Shown in pieces: positions 1 to 15,339 of a stretch of DNA of 64,000 nt (position 1 is its first letter; the number at the start of each line of letters is the position of its first letter). The notes under the pieces are model-generated. The model did not search any database, was not told the origin of the DNA, and saw nothing but the letters and a program-made list of their open reading frames with translations. Origin of the DNA: the human T2T-CHM13v2.0 reference genome, Homo sapiens; NCBI RefSeq assembly GCF_009914755.1, contig NC_060928.1. One strand, given 5' to 3'. The position numbers and the translations under genes are program-made.

Positions 1-414
1 TCATAGGAAAAAGGGTCTAAAAGACATTTGTTCTCTCTGTGGTTTTGTAAAAGGTCCATCTTGGAATGCAGCTTATTTTTAGTTAAGGAAATTCAGAGAT
101 CAATTAGTTATATGTTCGAAGGGTCAACTCCCCAGATTAGTCAAAGCAACAAGAAAGGGGATAATGGATAAAATATAAAACTGCCAAACAGAGAATCTCA
201 GTTGCCTCCACTAGGAAAGGACTTCCCAGAAGATCCACTGCAACCTCATCCAGGCTTTCTCCAAAGCAGGCAGGGCCTCTGAAACCCAAATCCTAGATCT
301 GTACTTTATTAATTAAGAACACAAATAACAACAATGACAATAATACCATCAGCATTCCTGGAGTGGGGCACTAAGTGCCTGGAACTACACTAAGTACTTC
401 AATACGTAGAACAT

Positions 415-731
415 TGTTTATTTTATTTATTTATTTATGTATTTACTTTTGAGATCGAGTTTTGCTAACGTTGCCCAGACTGGAGTGCAATGGGTGATCT
501 CGGCTCACCGCAACCTCCATCTCCTGGGTTCAAGTGGTTCTCCCACCTCAGCCTCCCGAGTAGCTGGGATTACAGGTATATGCCACCATGCCCAGCTAAT
601 TTTGTATTTTCAGTAGAGACAGGGTTTCTCCATGTTGGTCAGGCTGCTCTCAAACTCCTGACCTCAGGTGATCCGCCCGCCTCGGCCTCCCAAAGTGCTG
701 GGATTACAGGTGTGAGCCACCGTGCCCGGCC
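415..731 (-). mobile_element. Alu (AluS, Sp/Sq-like) with (TTTA)n tail
   Basis: Full dimeric antisense Alu ending gagccaccgtgcccggcc. Confidence 0.93.
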
Positions 732-829
732 CATTTAATTTTCACATCACCCAACAAGGGAGGCCTTACTGCTAAGTTGCCACGCCAGGTGGGAAAGAGG
801 CCAAGACTGTGAGGTCAATGGTTGCTGCA

Positions 830-1290
830 GTGGTCCCTGATTTGTACCCCCTCCCTGGATCGACATCCTTGGGGAGTTAGTCCTCTCTGACATTTATTCT
901 GCACGTGGCCATGGGACTTGCTTGGGCCAAAGGGACACCAGCAAATGTGCATGCAAAGTGCTTGCACATTGTGCACATTGGGACTTTCTCCTTTGGCTGC
1001 TGTTGGAAGCCCAAGAACTTTATGCAAGGCAGCCCAGGCCCCCCTGGCCCAGGGTGGGAAGCCAAGAAATGAGCTGGCCCACTGACAGCCCGTGAGACCA
1101 GGCCACCTGCTAACACCCAAACACAGGCGTGAGACCATCCCAGGTCATCCAGCCACTGACCAACCTGAAGCCACCGCAGACACATGAGAAGGCCCAGCAG
1201 AGATTGGCAGAGCTGGCCCAGAGCAGAACTGCCCAGCCGACCCACAGAAGTGAAAGCACAGGAAAATGGTTACTATTTGAAGCCATTAAG
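830..1290 (+). mobile_element. Degenerate MaLR LTR (MLT1-type)
   Basis: 3' motif ctgcccagccgacccacagaa...ttgaagccattaagttttg is typical of MLT1. Left boundary is approximate. Confidence 0.5.
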
Positions 1291-1964
1291 TTTTGTTTTG
1301 TTTTTTAAGAGACAGTGTTTCGCTCTGTAGCCAAGGCTAAAATGCAGTGGTGCCATCATGGCTTAAGTTTCGGGGTTTTTAAATGCATCAAACCTAACCT
1401 ATACAGATAAATTAATGAAATTAATGGAAGCAAGTGAGAGCATTCAGGCAGTCTGACTCCATAGTCTTCACCCTTAACCACTTTCCTGCTCCAGCTTTCT
1501 GAGCATTAGGGCCCCCATTTGTAAAATGAACATGAAAAAACAGTCTTTCATTACAGGAGGAGATCAAAAAAAATGAAAAGCATGAACACAGTTGGTCAGT
1601 TATAAAACATTACATAGACACCAGCCATTATTCTTATGGATAAACTCTCAATAGCCATCAATAGAAGGAGTCTATTCAAGTAGTATAGACAAATGAATAG
1701 ACAAATGATTGAGGAGTCATTTCATCTTGAGTTTGGACTATTAGAGAGGCCTAGATTATTCCCCTCCAGCAGGGCAACAAAAGTAAGTGAAGCCTCCTCT
1801 TCTCAACCTTACTTCCAGGCCCCTACTCTCCTGCTCACCTCTCCCTGAGACATTTTTATTGTTCATCTCACTCAGCTGAACAACCTGGTACCCTCAGCTT
1901 TTAAGACATCGACAAGGAAGGGAATTAGCCTTTAAGAAGCTCATGCTAGGTTCCAGGCAGTACA

Positions 1965-2023
1965 TATGTGTATATGTGTGTGTGTGAGAGAGACAGAGAG
2001 AGAGAGAGAGACAGAGTGTGTGT
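1965..2023. repeat. Compound (TG)n(AG)n microsatellite
   Basis: atgtgtatatgtgtgtgtgtgagagagacagagagagagagagacagagtgtgtgt. Confidence 0.9.
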
Positions 2024-2369
2024 TTCCGTTCAGCCTTATTATAGCCTTTTGAAGTAGGTATTATTACCACCATTTTACAAATGGGAAAACCAAGGCTCAG
2101 AGCCATTAAGTAACTTGCAGCAGAACTGAGATCCAAACTCAGGGATTTCTAATCCTAAGGCTTGCAATCTTTCCACAAATGCCTAAAAGTGATACTTTAT
2201 GGATTTGCCTATTTAGAAAGAGAGCAGTGTTTGTCTGACAATATATCTTGAGTCTCCTACTCTCACTCCCATAGCCAGCATCTGTCCCCTTCTCTGCAGC
2301 TCCCCACCTAGCCCAGTCCCTTCCCCTGAACAGCTGGCTCCTCTGATTCCACTCCTGGCTTCCCCTCAT

Positions 2370-2865
2370 ACTCCATTACTGGAACAAACCAGTCCATGTC
2401 ACATTCATCTCAACCCTCCCTGCATACTCGGCACAGGCACACAGTCCTCGCCGTGGCCTACAAGGTCTTATGTGATCTGGCCCCAGCTCCTCTTTGGCGT
2501 CATCAGCACCCACACATCTCCTTGCTCTTTCCCAGACGTGCCATGCCTCCTTCCGCCTCTGAGACATAATACTCTTCTCTCTGCTGGGAACAGTTCTCAC
2601 CCTTGGCTCCTCTGGTCTCTGCTCAGGTTTCCTTCTCTGAGCAGTCTTCCCTGATTGGCCTTTCTAAAACAGCCCTCACCACCCTCCTGTCCTGCTTTGT
2701 TTTCTTCCTAGGACATGCTACTGTCTACCTTATGTATCTGTCTGCCCACTAGAATGTAAGCTCCAGGGACAGGGTCTTGTTAATCATTGTGTCTCCATCC
2801 TATAGTGTGCCAGCCCTCGCAGGTGCTCTACAAATGCCTGGCGAGTAAATGAAATAACGAATGAG
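2370..2865 (+). mobile_element. L2 LINE 3' fragment
   Basis: cccactagaatgtaagctccagggacaggg...aaatgaaataacgaatga, the L2 3' end signature. Confidence 0.7.
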
Positions 2866-3218
2866 TCAGAGGCCCAGAGAAGAAACCCCATCCTCATAAA
2901 AGCCCCATGAAAACCACAAATAACCTTGGAATATTAACATTATGATGAAGGTGACCAAACAGAAGGCATGACATGCTGAAGACCATCCAGGTCTTTGGGG
3001 TAGACTGCGGACCCTGCCCAGCATTCCTCAATTAGGGGCTAGAGCATCATGAATGGGATGGTTCATCCCACAGGACTGTCCCACTTTATGCAGAGTTCCA
3101 GCATCCTTGGTCCCTGCCAAGTCAATGCCAGCAGAGAGCCCCAGTCATGTGACAGCCCCAAACACTTCTCACATTTTGGGACACCCCCAAGGAGTATGTT
3201 ACTGTTCCCTCCCCGTCA

Positions 3219-3389
<171 letters not shown>

Positions 3390-4682
3390 CTAACCATGAG
3401 GCATGTCACTGAACTGTCCATCCCAGGAGCAGGAGCCAGGCCCTTCTGAAGGGTGAGTAGAGCAAGACTCAGGCACAGTGCAGGGAGCACTGGCCTTGCC
3501 ACCTCTGGCTGTGTGACTGGGTTCAGCCCTGGGGTCTACTAGGTCACTTACAAAGGCACCATCAGCCTTGACATCTATGAATTCTCTGTGGTAGTATTTT
3601 ATTGCTTTAATTCTAAGACTATCATTTAACATTTCTGAAGTCAGTGGTCATCTTACAATTCGTGAGTCAGGGTCCAGGCAGGAAAATGGAAACCACTCTA
3701 GGTATTTTAATGGAGAGAATTTAACATAGGGAATTGGTTAAGTGGATATTGAAGAACCGAGATGTCAAAAAGGAAGACCTCTGAAGAAGGGGTGTTTCCC
3801 ATGTGGTGCTGACACCTCAGGGGCATGGAGGAGGGCCCCGAAGACCTTTGAGAGTGGGCACTGTCCACTGGACTGTTTCCTCTGAGGAGCAATATGATTC
3901 TGGTTCTGGAAATGGACAAAAGTTGGAAGCTGGAATCAACTGCCAATGTCATCACTGGGACTGGCAGGAAACTCAGACAAACATGAAAAAGCTAGTCTTT
4001 TCTCTCTCCTCTAGTGCCCCTATTGGCAAAGGACAAATGGGGGTGCAGGCCCCAGCCCCAGCATCAGAGAGAGAGAGCCCAGAAGGGTAAGTGTGGAGCT
4101 AGGAGACAACAGCTTGACAACCAGCATAGCGTTCTACAACTTTTGTTGGCTCCTTCCCTCCCTCCCTCCCTTTCTTCCTTATTTCCTTTCCTTTCCAGTG
4201 GCTCATAAAATAACAATACTCCTCAGACCCAATGGCATCTTAGATTTGATGAACTACAGTACTAAGTGAATGGCTGGACTAATCCTCTCAAACAAGATTA
4301 GGGAAATTTCCATGGCAATAATTATTATTAACAGCTCTGTGTCAGGACTGCCATCACTTTTATAAACACATGCCTAAGACCTCATGGTTCAAATACCTGA
4401 CTTGTTTGGAGGCCTGGGGACCTGGATTCCTGCACCAGCTCTATCCTTCAGGAGCTAGGAGACTTTGAACTTCATTTCTCTGTGTTTTCTTTTCCTCACT
4501 TTTGCAAAATGATCCTAAAAGCCCACATTTATTGAACTCTTGCTATAGGATAGACCCTGCTTTAAGTACTTTGCATTAGTAGCTCATTTAATCCTCAGAA
4601 TGACCCAAAGAGATAGGTACTCTTATAATCTCTATTTTATAAACAAGTTAACTAGGTTGCTGGCAAGCTAGAAACTTGTTTT

Positions 4683-4996
<314 letters not shown>

Positions 4997-5246
4997 TAGG
5001 TCATATAGTCAGTGAGTCAAGGAGTTGGGGAAACATCTTAGCCCTTTACGGCTTATTTTTTTTCCTATAGACTCAATGAGTTAACAGATATTAAATTGTT
5101 TTGTAAATTGTGGTTAAAAAATTATTTTGCCCAATAGAGCCCCAGTGGGTCTCTGATCTTAGAACTTGCGCTTTTCCCACCAGCTAACATTGCCTCTTGT
5201 CATAAATTATGGGACTCAGTTATGGCAGATGCTATTATACTCATTA

Positions 5247-5426
<180 letters not shown>

Positions 5427-6669
5427 TCAGTGAGGCCAGCCTGGCTGGAGGCAGTAGGGAGCCAGGGAGCAAGCAGTAGAAAGTGAAAGTTGAGAAGAGA
5501 AAAGAAGAACTCAGAGAGTCTTCTATGCCACCATAAGAACTAGCGTTTCCCCCCTGGGGGAGATAGCAGCCACTGGGAGATTCCAAGGAGAGGAATGACA
5601 CCGGCTAATACTTGAACAAGATCACTACATCTTGTCTTCTCTGTTGCTCCTGGACTGCAGGGGACAAGTGTGAAAGCAGGGAGACCAGCTGGGGAGCTAC
5701 CACAACAGGTGAGTCAACCACTGGTAATGATTTGGACCAGGCTGGGAGCAGTGCACTTAGTGAGAAGTGGTCAGATCCTAGCATATTTTGAAGAGTGAGT
5801 TGGTGGGATTTGCTGATGGACTGGACAGAGGTGGAGAGGCATAGAGGAGCCAAGGATGCCTCCAAAAGCTTTGGTCTGAACCCTTACTTTGGACATGATG
5901 GTGTATTTTGTGCTAATTTTAAAACTGCATGAAAGGTTTGTGAGAATGTTAAAATTATATGAAAGTCTGACTTGAAACATGTGCAAACGGGAGTGCACAC
6001 TCTCTGGGCAAGTTTATCATATTAATATATTCCTTCCCAAAATAACCCTCAGCCTGACAGCATTGCAGTGAGGATGGAAATGTGTGCAAATCCTTTGCAA
6101 AGCTGACTCACTGGGCTTCAGAGCAGGACTTTAATCATTGTTTCCATTTGTTTCCTGTGGATGAACAGCAACATAAACAAGGGAGATCAATTCTGAAAGC
6201 AGAACTCCAGTGTCCCCAGAACTCCACCTAGGATGCCTGATTCATTGTTTTTAGCTTCTCCAATAGTGTAGAATCTTCCCCATGAAACCCAGAAAGTCAT
6301 CAGCTCTCAAGGGGAAAAAAAGACCAAATACAAGGAAGCATGGTAGGGTGATGAGGAGATTGGAGGGCATGTCCCTTCAGAAGTGTCAAAGGGGCTGGAG
6401 ACATTTCGCCTGGACAAGAGGTCAGAGAAAGCAGGAGAGCCACCTTCCTTCATGCCATGCTTTAACTTGGTGCAGAGCACCAGGACGGATTGGGGGAAGA
6501 CATAGGGAATTCTATTTCAGTTTGAATTTGGAAAGTACTTTTCATTAAACCCTAGTAGACCAGAGAACCTATGGAAATAATGTATCTCTCCACAGACCTT
6601 TCCAGTAAATCTTCAGCCTGACTGGGCCTATAAGCCAAGATCATGCCTTGTTTCCACATCCCTCACCCT

Positions 6670-7770
6670 CCTCGTGTTCATCCGTTCCTGCATACCCAGC
6701 TTGAATTCCTTGGCTCATCCCTTTAAATATTTATATGCCCATCCACCCCCTTTCATTACATATGCCTGGCAAAACCCCAGCTGGTTAAATCTCTGTCTAC
6801 TGGGCATCTACAAAGCTCAGCTTGGCTGGAGAAAAACATATGGCTGTGTTGTCCTTTCTCACCTGAAATTCATGACCACCAACCTCAAGAAGGGTTAAGG
6901 CTCCCCTGCACTGAGTCTACAGATTCCTGGTCCATCCAACACCCTTCTCTCCTAGAGGACTATTTCATATGTTTTCTCTCTCTCTTCAAATCCCCTTTTT
7001 ATCATTCTCAGCTGATGACCATGCTTTCTTTTTCACTGAGAACACAGAGGCAATCCCAAGAGACCCTTCCCACATGCCCTCTGCTTGTATTTCTGCACCT
7101 GCATCTGTGCCCAGACACCTGCCTTCCCTTGTTTTCCAACCCTGGTGCAAACCATGTCCTCTCTCACCTGCGCTATTGCAAGGTTCTCCCAACCAGGCTC
7201 TGAGACCCCCTGATAACAGCACACCTTTCCAAATGCAAGTCAGATCAGTTCTTAAAACGTTCCACTGACTTCCCATTTTGCTCAGAGGAAGAGTCTCAAC
7301 CCTCGCCTGCAAAGTCCTCAGGATCTGACTCCAAATATCCCATCTAGCTTCCTATGATTATCTCTACACTGACCTCCACTCTCATCTTCAAAGAAGTGGA
7401 GCCTCTTCTTGCCCCTGGGCTTTTGCACCTGCTGCCTCCTCTGCTTGGAGAGCTATTTCCCAGGGATGAGCGTGCTCACTCCCTTGCTTCCTTCAGTGCT
7501 CCCTGCACAAGTCACCATTTTAGAGAATCCTCTGAACAAAGTGGTGAGCTCTTCACCCTCCCCAGCATCTTCTGACCTCCTTGAGCTGCTCTGTTTTCTA
7601 CATTGGTCCTTGTCACAGGCCGAATGGCACAGTCTGCATGCTTGTTACTTGGCTGTGCTCCCCGCTTGGCTGCATGCTTCAGGAGGACAGGGACTTTGGC
7701 AGCTTTGCTCATGCCTGAGTGCTTGGCACATAGAAAGTACTCAACAGATATGTGGTGAGTAAATAATCGG
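6670..7770 (+). mobile_element. Degenerate L2 LINE
   Basis: tcagctgatgaccatgctttctttttcactgagaacacagaggcaatc and gcttggcacatagaaagtactcaacagatat...gagtaaata resemble the L2 body and 3' end. Confidence 0.65.
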
Positions 7771-9159
7771 ATGAGGGAACGGAAAGTGTGCAAGCATACA
7801 AGGATGCTTAGATGCAAGCAAGGATGGCCACACTGGGGAGATGTGATAGAAAAATTCAAGCATCGAGCATTTTCCACCCATCCTTCCATTTATCTAACAA
7901 ATGTCTACTGCTTGCCTGCTGTGTACAAGCTGCTGTGTTGGGTGCTAGGGGCCATAAATACATATGGTTCTTACGTTGAAGGGCTCCCTTATCAGGGAAG
8001 AGACGGGAACATAATGAAATGAGTACAACCCAAAATGCCAAGTGACGTAACACAGGGAACTGAAAGTCCTGTGTGAGCTCAGAGAAGGCCAATATTTAGT
8101 TCTGGTAGATATGTCCTAGGCAGTGGGGGATGGGGTTGAAGATTTCTTATGATTTCTAACCCTGCTTTCCCGGCTCATGCGTCTGTAATACCAAAGGGGT
8201 TGTGTCCATAATAAAACAAACCAGTGATGCAGGGACAGCTTGTACCATTGAAGCCTCTTGTTTTGGATGTGTTGACTCTTTGTTTTACACTTTGGAACCC
8301 TGCCGTCCCGAAGTCTTCTGGTCTTATCTACCATGCCCAGGCTTTCTCCTTATGTCCCATCATGAACCCAAGTTTCCTTCTTCCAGAGTTCTTGCCATTC
8401 TCACTATGCTTAGAAGACTAGTCAAGTCTTCTAAGGCTGGGAGAAGCAGGGTTGAGGATCAGGTTTCCTGGCTGGCTGGTTATCTCCCTATCCCCTCAGG
8501 GATTCCCCCAGCTCAATGAATGCTGGCTTCTAAAGGCTCAGGGTTGACTCTTCTCCAGAAGATTGACATTGGCTCTGAAGGTGGATCCCCCTTTCCCAGT
8601 GCTGCCTGCAGCGAGTGACAGATGAGTGGTAGGGGTGGATGCAGCCCCCTTACTTCAAGTTGGGTGACTCTGTGGTGTGATTATGCCCCAGAGCTCCCCC
8701 AAGTGAGGCTAAACTTGACCAGGGAGTGCAGCCTTGCCTGGCTCCTTCCCCTGCTGCTTTCTGCTTTCCCCACCTTAAAGATTACTCCTGAAGAGCCCTT
8801 CCTCCACAAGCCATGTGTGCATCCCAATCCCTGCCTCAGGCTCTGCTTCTGGGCAATTGACTTTCTGAGACAATTCCAGCCTGAAAGAAGAGGTTGTCAG
8901 CAGCACGGTGTGTTGCTCAGTCATGGACTAAACTATGTTCCTGCCCCCTGGTTGAGAACCCTTGAACGCATGTAACCTCGCTCGGGCCAAGGAGATTCAT
9001 GCCTGGGACTTTAACTACAATGATTGGAAGGAGAATTTCCATCAAGCTGGGGCCATCTTGCACCTCCACAGAAGAAACTGCCTGACAATGAAGCCAACAA
9101 AAAACAAGCTGAGCTGAGAGGTGGAGAAAGAGAGAGATTTGGATTTTTTTAAGGCTCAC

Positions 9160-9488
9160 CTGTTAAAGCCCTAACCCCTAATGTGACTGCATTTGGGGAC
9201 AGGGCCTTTAAAGAGATAATTAAACTAAAATGAGGTCACAAGGAAGCGGCCCTAATGTGGGATGATTGGTGTCCTTGTAAGAAGAGGAAGGGACACCAGG
9301 GATGCACACACACAGGGAGCACACAGCGAGAAAGCAGCCATCTGCAAGCCATGGAGAGAAGCCTCGGGAGGAAAAGACCTGCCGACACTTTGATCTTGGC
9401 CTTCCAGCCTCCAGAACTGTGAGAAAATGAATGTCTGTTTGCTGAAGCCACTCCATCTGTGGTATTCTGATATGGCAGCCTGGGCTAA
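9160..9488 (+). mobile_element. MaLR LTR (MLT1A/B-like)
   Basis: ccctaacccctaatgtgactgcatttgggga...gccatctgcaagcca...ccagcctccagaactgtgagaaaatgaatgtctg. Confidence 0.85.
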
Positions 9489-9883
9489 CCAATGCATGCT
9501 TGCCACATACACTGAAGGCTCCTCCAGCAGGCACCTAGAGAGACACAGTTATTTTCTACTACTATAAAATACAGATGCCTTTTAAAGGGTTGAAGTAGAA
9601 AATGATGAAAGCAAAAATAGTCCTTTTGACAACCTGCTATTTCCCTGGAGTGATGTATGGGATGCCTGTTGTTTGTGCTCACCGAACCTCCATCCTTCTT
9701 CTGGGAGGAGTTCCTCAAATTTCCACCAAGAAACCTTCCTGCCTGTCTCCACCTAACCATGGCTTCAGGAGTGGATGTGTGGTACAGGCCTGGCCAGTCA
9801 ACATAAAATCACTCATCATTCTCAAGGCATTTAAGATGTGCTTTTTTAAAAGCACTTAATCCAGAGTGTTAGAATGTTATTTG

Positions 9884-10093
9884 CCAGGATTTTCTAACCT
9901 TGGCACTATTCACATTTGGAACTGGAAAATTCTTTGCTGTGGGGGTTGTCCCGTGCATTGTAGGATATTTAGAGGCATCCCTGGCTTCTCCTAGATGCTA
10001 GTAGCACCCTTGAGTTATGAAAACCAGAAACATCTCCTGGCATTGTCAAATGTCCCCTGATGAGGCAACATTGCCCTCTGGTTGAGAACCCTT
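9884..10093. mobile_element. MER20-like hAT DNA transposon nested in an old MLT1 LTR (~9630-10390)
   Basis: ggcactattcacatttgg...gtgcattgtaggatatttagaggcatccctgg...ggttgagaacc. Confidence 0.75.
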
Positions 10094-13000
10094 GAACGCA
10101 TGCAACCTCGCTCAAGTCAAAGAGATTCATGCCTGGGACTTTAATCACAACTATTGGAAGGAGAATTTCCACCAAGCTGGGCCCATCTTATACCTCCATG
10201 GGAGAGATTGCCTGACAATGGAGCCAACACAAAGCAAGGTGAGCTGAGAGGTGGAGACAGATTTGGATTTTTTAAAAGCTATCATCTGAGCCACTGGATT
10301 CAACCAAGTTATATTTTAGTTATTGTGAGCCAAGTAATTCCCTTTTGGGCTTCAGCCAGTTTGCTTTGGGTTCCTGTCACAGGCATTCAAAAAGCCTCCT
10401 TAGTGACATGAGACACTGTAAATTTGATCTCGTTCCACCCTCATAGCTGCTCCCTCAGGTGGGTTTGTTTATCTGCACTTTACAGATTTAAAAATTAAAG
10501 GGCATAGCAGCTGCCTCTTGTATCTCTACCATCCATGCACAGCACTGCTCAGAATCATAAAGACTTACATAATGAATTACTCAGGGGCTGCCTCCTTTGC
10601 CCAAGCATCACCTTAAGCCCCAGATGTTGTGTCTTTCTTGTTCACTGAAGCCCCAGTGCCAAAAACAGTACCTTACTCCTTGTAGGTGCTCAAAAATGTT
10701 TGTTTGGATAGATGAATATGGTTACGTGGCTTGTCCAAGAGTCTGGCCCAGGATCAGATTTCAAAGCCCATGTGTGTTTTCCTATAGTTTCTTATATGTT
10801 TTTTCTGCTTTGCTCCAGACGGAAGAACCAGATCCAATGATATGTGTAAGAAGAATAATTTCAGTGCAATTGAAAGAACAGATGCACAATTGACTCTGTC
10901 AAGTGATGGAATGACCCGTCTCAAATAAAGCCAATGAGGTTGGTGATGGTGAAGATGATGATGATGTTGATGATGATGACACTAGTGAACAAAGGCTGGG
11001 CGAAGAGTCTGGGTCAATTGTAGGGATGAACACTTCACATCCACCATTTCATTTAATCTTCACAACAACCCTCTGACATGGCCATTCTTTATCTTCATGT
11101 CATCGTGAACTAAGTAAAGATCAAAGAGTTTAAGAAACACATAGCTGTGTGTATCGGAGCCCAGACTTGAAGCTGGGCCTGTAGCTAGTGTTTGTGCACC
11201 AAACATAGTCACTGTCCTGTCTCATGAGGGAAGGAGGGTCCTGTCACTATGGTCATGCAAGCAGAGGACAGAGGATGCTAAATGGGTCACTGAGCTTCAA
11301 CCAGAATTCTTGATCGCTGAGAATTCCCTCAGCCAGAGACTCCAAGAGGTGAGGAACCTGCATCTGTGTGAGGCCCAGGTCATGTGGTATGGCCCATCTC
11401 CAGAGACTCTTCCTGGCCCCCTTTGCTTCCCTGCCCTCCTTTGTCACCGAAATCACAAACGAGCTCAACATTCCCTAGCTAGGAACAGCCCCACTGCTGG
11501 AGCAGCCAGTGACCAGCCCCATCGGAACTCTTCCCCACTTCCCTGGAATGTCTCCCCCAGCTATACCTTTGAGCACCTTCCACTGGGCCTCCCAGGCTGC
11601 CATTGCAGTTTCCTCTCCCTCCCTGAGAATCCCCATGGGAGAGGAATAACAGAGCATCAGGAAGGCGTTTCAAATAGCATCATGTCACAGGAAGAGTGTT
11701 GGCCTGTGGTCAAACACATGCAGATCTGAACTTCAGTTCAACTCCATTTTGAAACCTTGGTCCAATTGCCCACTGGGTCTTGGACTCATCATTTGAAAAG
11801 TGCAGGTAATGATGCAAACATGGAGTTTTAAGAAGTAAATGATATATGGGATGTCAAGGACAAGGCAGGAGGTCAATAGATGGTAGCTTTCTTTTTCAAT
11901 TTTTGCTCCTTTTCTCCCCAGCAGAGTTGCTCTTCAAGCTGAAACTTCAGCCCAAATCAACTTTTACTCTCATAATGATGAAAAGGAAACTGGCAGCTGC
12001 TTGGGGCATAACAACCAACACATCCTTTGATCTGATCTTTTTCTGCATCCTCACTTCTTTATGACTCCTCCATTACTTAGAGATTGAAGGTATTTTCAAA
12101 GTTGTTTTCTCTTTTGCTTTCCTTTTCCTTTTTTTTTTTTTTTTTTTGTTGCCATGCCAGTGAGGGTAGTAAAGCTACTTTCATTGCCCTCATTTTATAG
12201 GTAAGAATAATGCTGGCTGAGAAGTGAGGTGTCAAAGTCCCTTGTAACACACCTGATACACAGCAGAGTCAGGACTTGCTGAGCCACGGCATTCTGACCC
12301 GATTCTAGTGTTCCTTTTCCTATTCCATCTGCTTGGGTTCAGAGCCTCCTTGAGGAGCAGCCTTGGGGTATAAATGCCACGGTCAGGTATAAAGCAAGGA
12401 GACATCACAGGCCAGATCCTGGGGCATGGGGAGTGACTCCATCCCACTAAGACAAGCAAGAGGACCATGGGCAGGGTCTGGCTTGGGCAGGAGGCTTAGT
12501 GACCATGCCTCAGGGACCCTGGCCAGTGATGCCAATCTGAGTGCCAGCCTGTTGTCAAACAGTCATGGTTTTACAGTACATTCCCAGCATTGGGAATTGG
12601 CCCCTAACTAAGATCTGCTTGGCATAGTGGAAAGATCATGATTCCAGCCTAAGCTCAGCCACAGTGCAAGCTAGCTAAGCTTGTGCAGATGCCCTCACCT
12701 CTCTAACCTCCCATTCCCCATCTACAGACCCCACAGCAGATAGAAAATTAAACAAGAGAATGTGTGAGTGGCTGGAACCTTGAAGGACCTCAGACAATGG
12801 CATCTCTCACTACATCATGCAGTAGTTGTACTTCCAGGCCCTGAATTCCCATTAATTACTGCTCTGAAAGTGGGCTTGGGGACAAGGAAAATGTCAGCAC
12901 CTCCCCTACCTCACAGGTATCACAGACCCTCATAAGCACCACTTGGATGTTTTCAGGGTGGCTTCCTGTCCCATCTTTTAGAAATCTTGCTTTGAAACAT

Positions 13001-14131
13001 TGTCAACTCTAGTTTTCTCCTTGTTGGGCTGTGAGGAAGAATGTAAAGGATTAGGTCATTTCAGATTGTGAAATGGGCTCCTTCTTAATCGGGTTTCTGT
13101 AATCCCATGGTCTGAGGAGATTTTCTGGAGTCTGATAAATCTCCTCTTCAACTCACGTCAATGCAATAAGGAGGTTAGTCGAGTACTTACTAGGTAGTGA
13201 TGTCAAGGTGATGATGAGGGAAATGCCAAATAATGTGGTCAATAACAAGAATTTTTATTTATTCAGCTACAACTCATGGCCATTCTCCTTCCATTCATTT
13301 GGTCTAACTCTTGTAACATTCCCTGCAGGTAGAAACTATCATCCCTATTTTACAGATAAGAAAATTGAGGCTCAGATAAATTAAATGATTTGGCCAAGGG
13401 CACACAGCTAGTAAGTGGAAGACACATGATTCAAGTTAAGACACGAATGTTCTGGCCCCATCAGATTGATGTGACGACTCCTCCATCACTTGGAGAAGCT
13501 CTACTCTTTCCACACACTGCTCACTGGCTCCCAGGATGCTGTTGTTATGAACAAGAATACAGAGAAAGCATTGTTTGTGGGGATTCATTGATAAGTCAAT
13601 CTGCTCTGAGAGAAGGATTCCTGTCTAAAATAAGTGAGGAATGAGGCTCACAAGGTCAAGTGAGCTGATTGGAGAGGGCCTGGGTAGGAAAGGCTGATAT
13701 GAAGTTTTTGATTCTCACTGCTTCCTTATTTGTAATGTAAACGATCTGAAATGACCTAAATGTCTCTCAGTCAGGGAGTGTGGCTAAATAAATGATGAGA
13801 CAGCCATATAGTGGAAGACTGTCTAAGCAGTCAATTTTCTGGAAAAGCAGATCTGTATGTACTTACGTGGAACAATTTCCAAGGCACTGCACTGTGTTTT
13901 CCATTTGCCCCAACACCCAGATCAATTCCCCTCCCCTCCCTGCTCTGCTCTATGCCCCGGGAGCATCTCCTGGATGGCAACATGACTTCCTGGTTTACTG
14001 GCTTTCACATGGGTGTGACCAGTGTGCACCTCTGCAGCAGGATGGAGGGTGGGAGGAGGGAGGGGTCAGGGCATTTCTTCCCTGCTCCTCCCCCATGTGG
14101 GTGCTGTGGCTCTGACACAGCCCAGTCCCTA

Positions 14132-14620
<489 letters not shown>

Positions 14621-14980
14621 CTAATTTGTTTGAGCTTTATCTCATTGGCCTCTTCTAACAAATTTTGGGAAGAGCAGAAGATGTTAATCTTTATTATATT
14701 CAAATGAGCATTTTTTTTCTTTTATGGCTAGTTTTTTTGTGTTTCTTGCATCTTTGCCTATCCCAAGGTACTTTTTTTGTAACAAAATGTTTCCTCTTTT
14801 TACCTCATTTTGGAGATAGGGAAACTGAGGCTCAGGGAGACAAAGTGACTTGCTAGGTAAGTGCTAAACCTGGGAGCTGGACTCAGATCTGACCCCAAGC
14901 TTATGATGAGCTTCATAGCTGGGCTTCTCCAATTCTAGTGCACCGCAGCATTGCTGTGGAGGTGTGTTAAAGGGCACATA

Positions 14981-15272
14981 CCGGGTGGGCGCAGAGGCCC
15001 ACACCTGTAATCCCAGCACTCTGGGAGGCTGAGATGGGTGGGTCACTTGAGGCCAGGAGTTCGAGATCAGTCTGGCCAAGATGGTGAAACCCTGTCTCTA
15101 CTAAAAATACAAAAATTTGCCAGGTGTGGTGGCATGCACCTGTAATCCCAGCTACTCAGGAGGCTGAGGCATGAGAATCTCTTGGACCCAGGAGACGGAG
15201 GTTGCAGTGAGCCAAGATTGCGCCATTGCACTCCAGCCTGGGTGACAGAGTGACACCCTGTCTCAAAAGAAA
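14981..15272 (+). mobile_element. AluS
   Basis: Dimeric Alu with ctactaaaaatacaaaa linker and a short tail. Confidence 0.92.
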
Positions 15273-15339
15273 AGTTGGGGGGCACAAACCTAACAAAAAA
15301 AATAGGCAAAAATGCAACACACACAAAAAAACTAGCCAT

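Noticed and set aside
490-738. Alu-derived ORFs (also at 4700, 20090, 39443, 44413, 47202 and others)
   Set aside because: Typical Alu translations ([22 protein letters not shown]), not genes.
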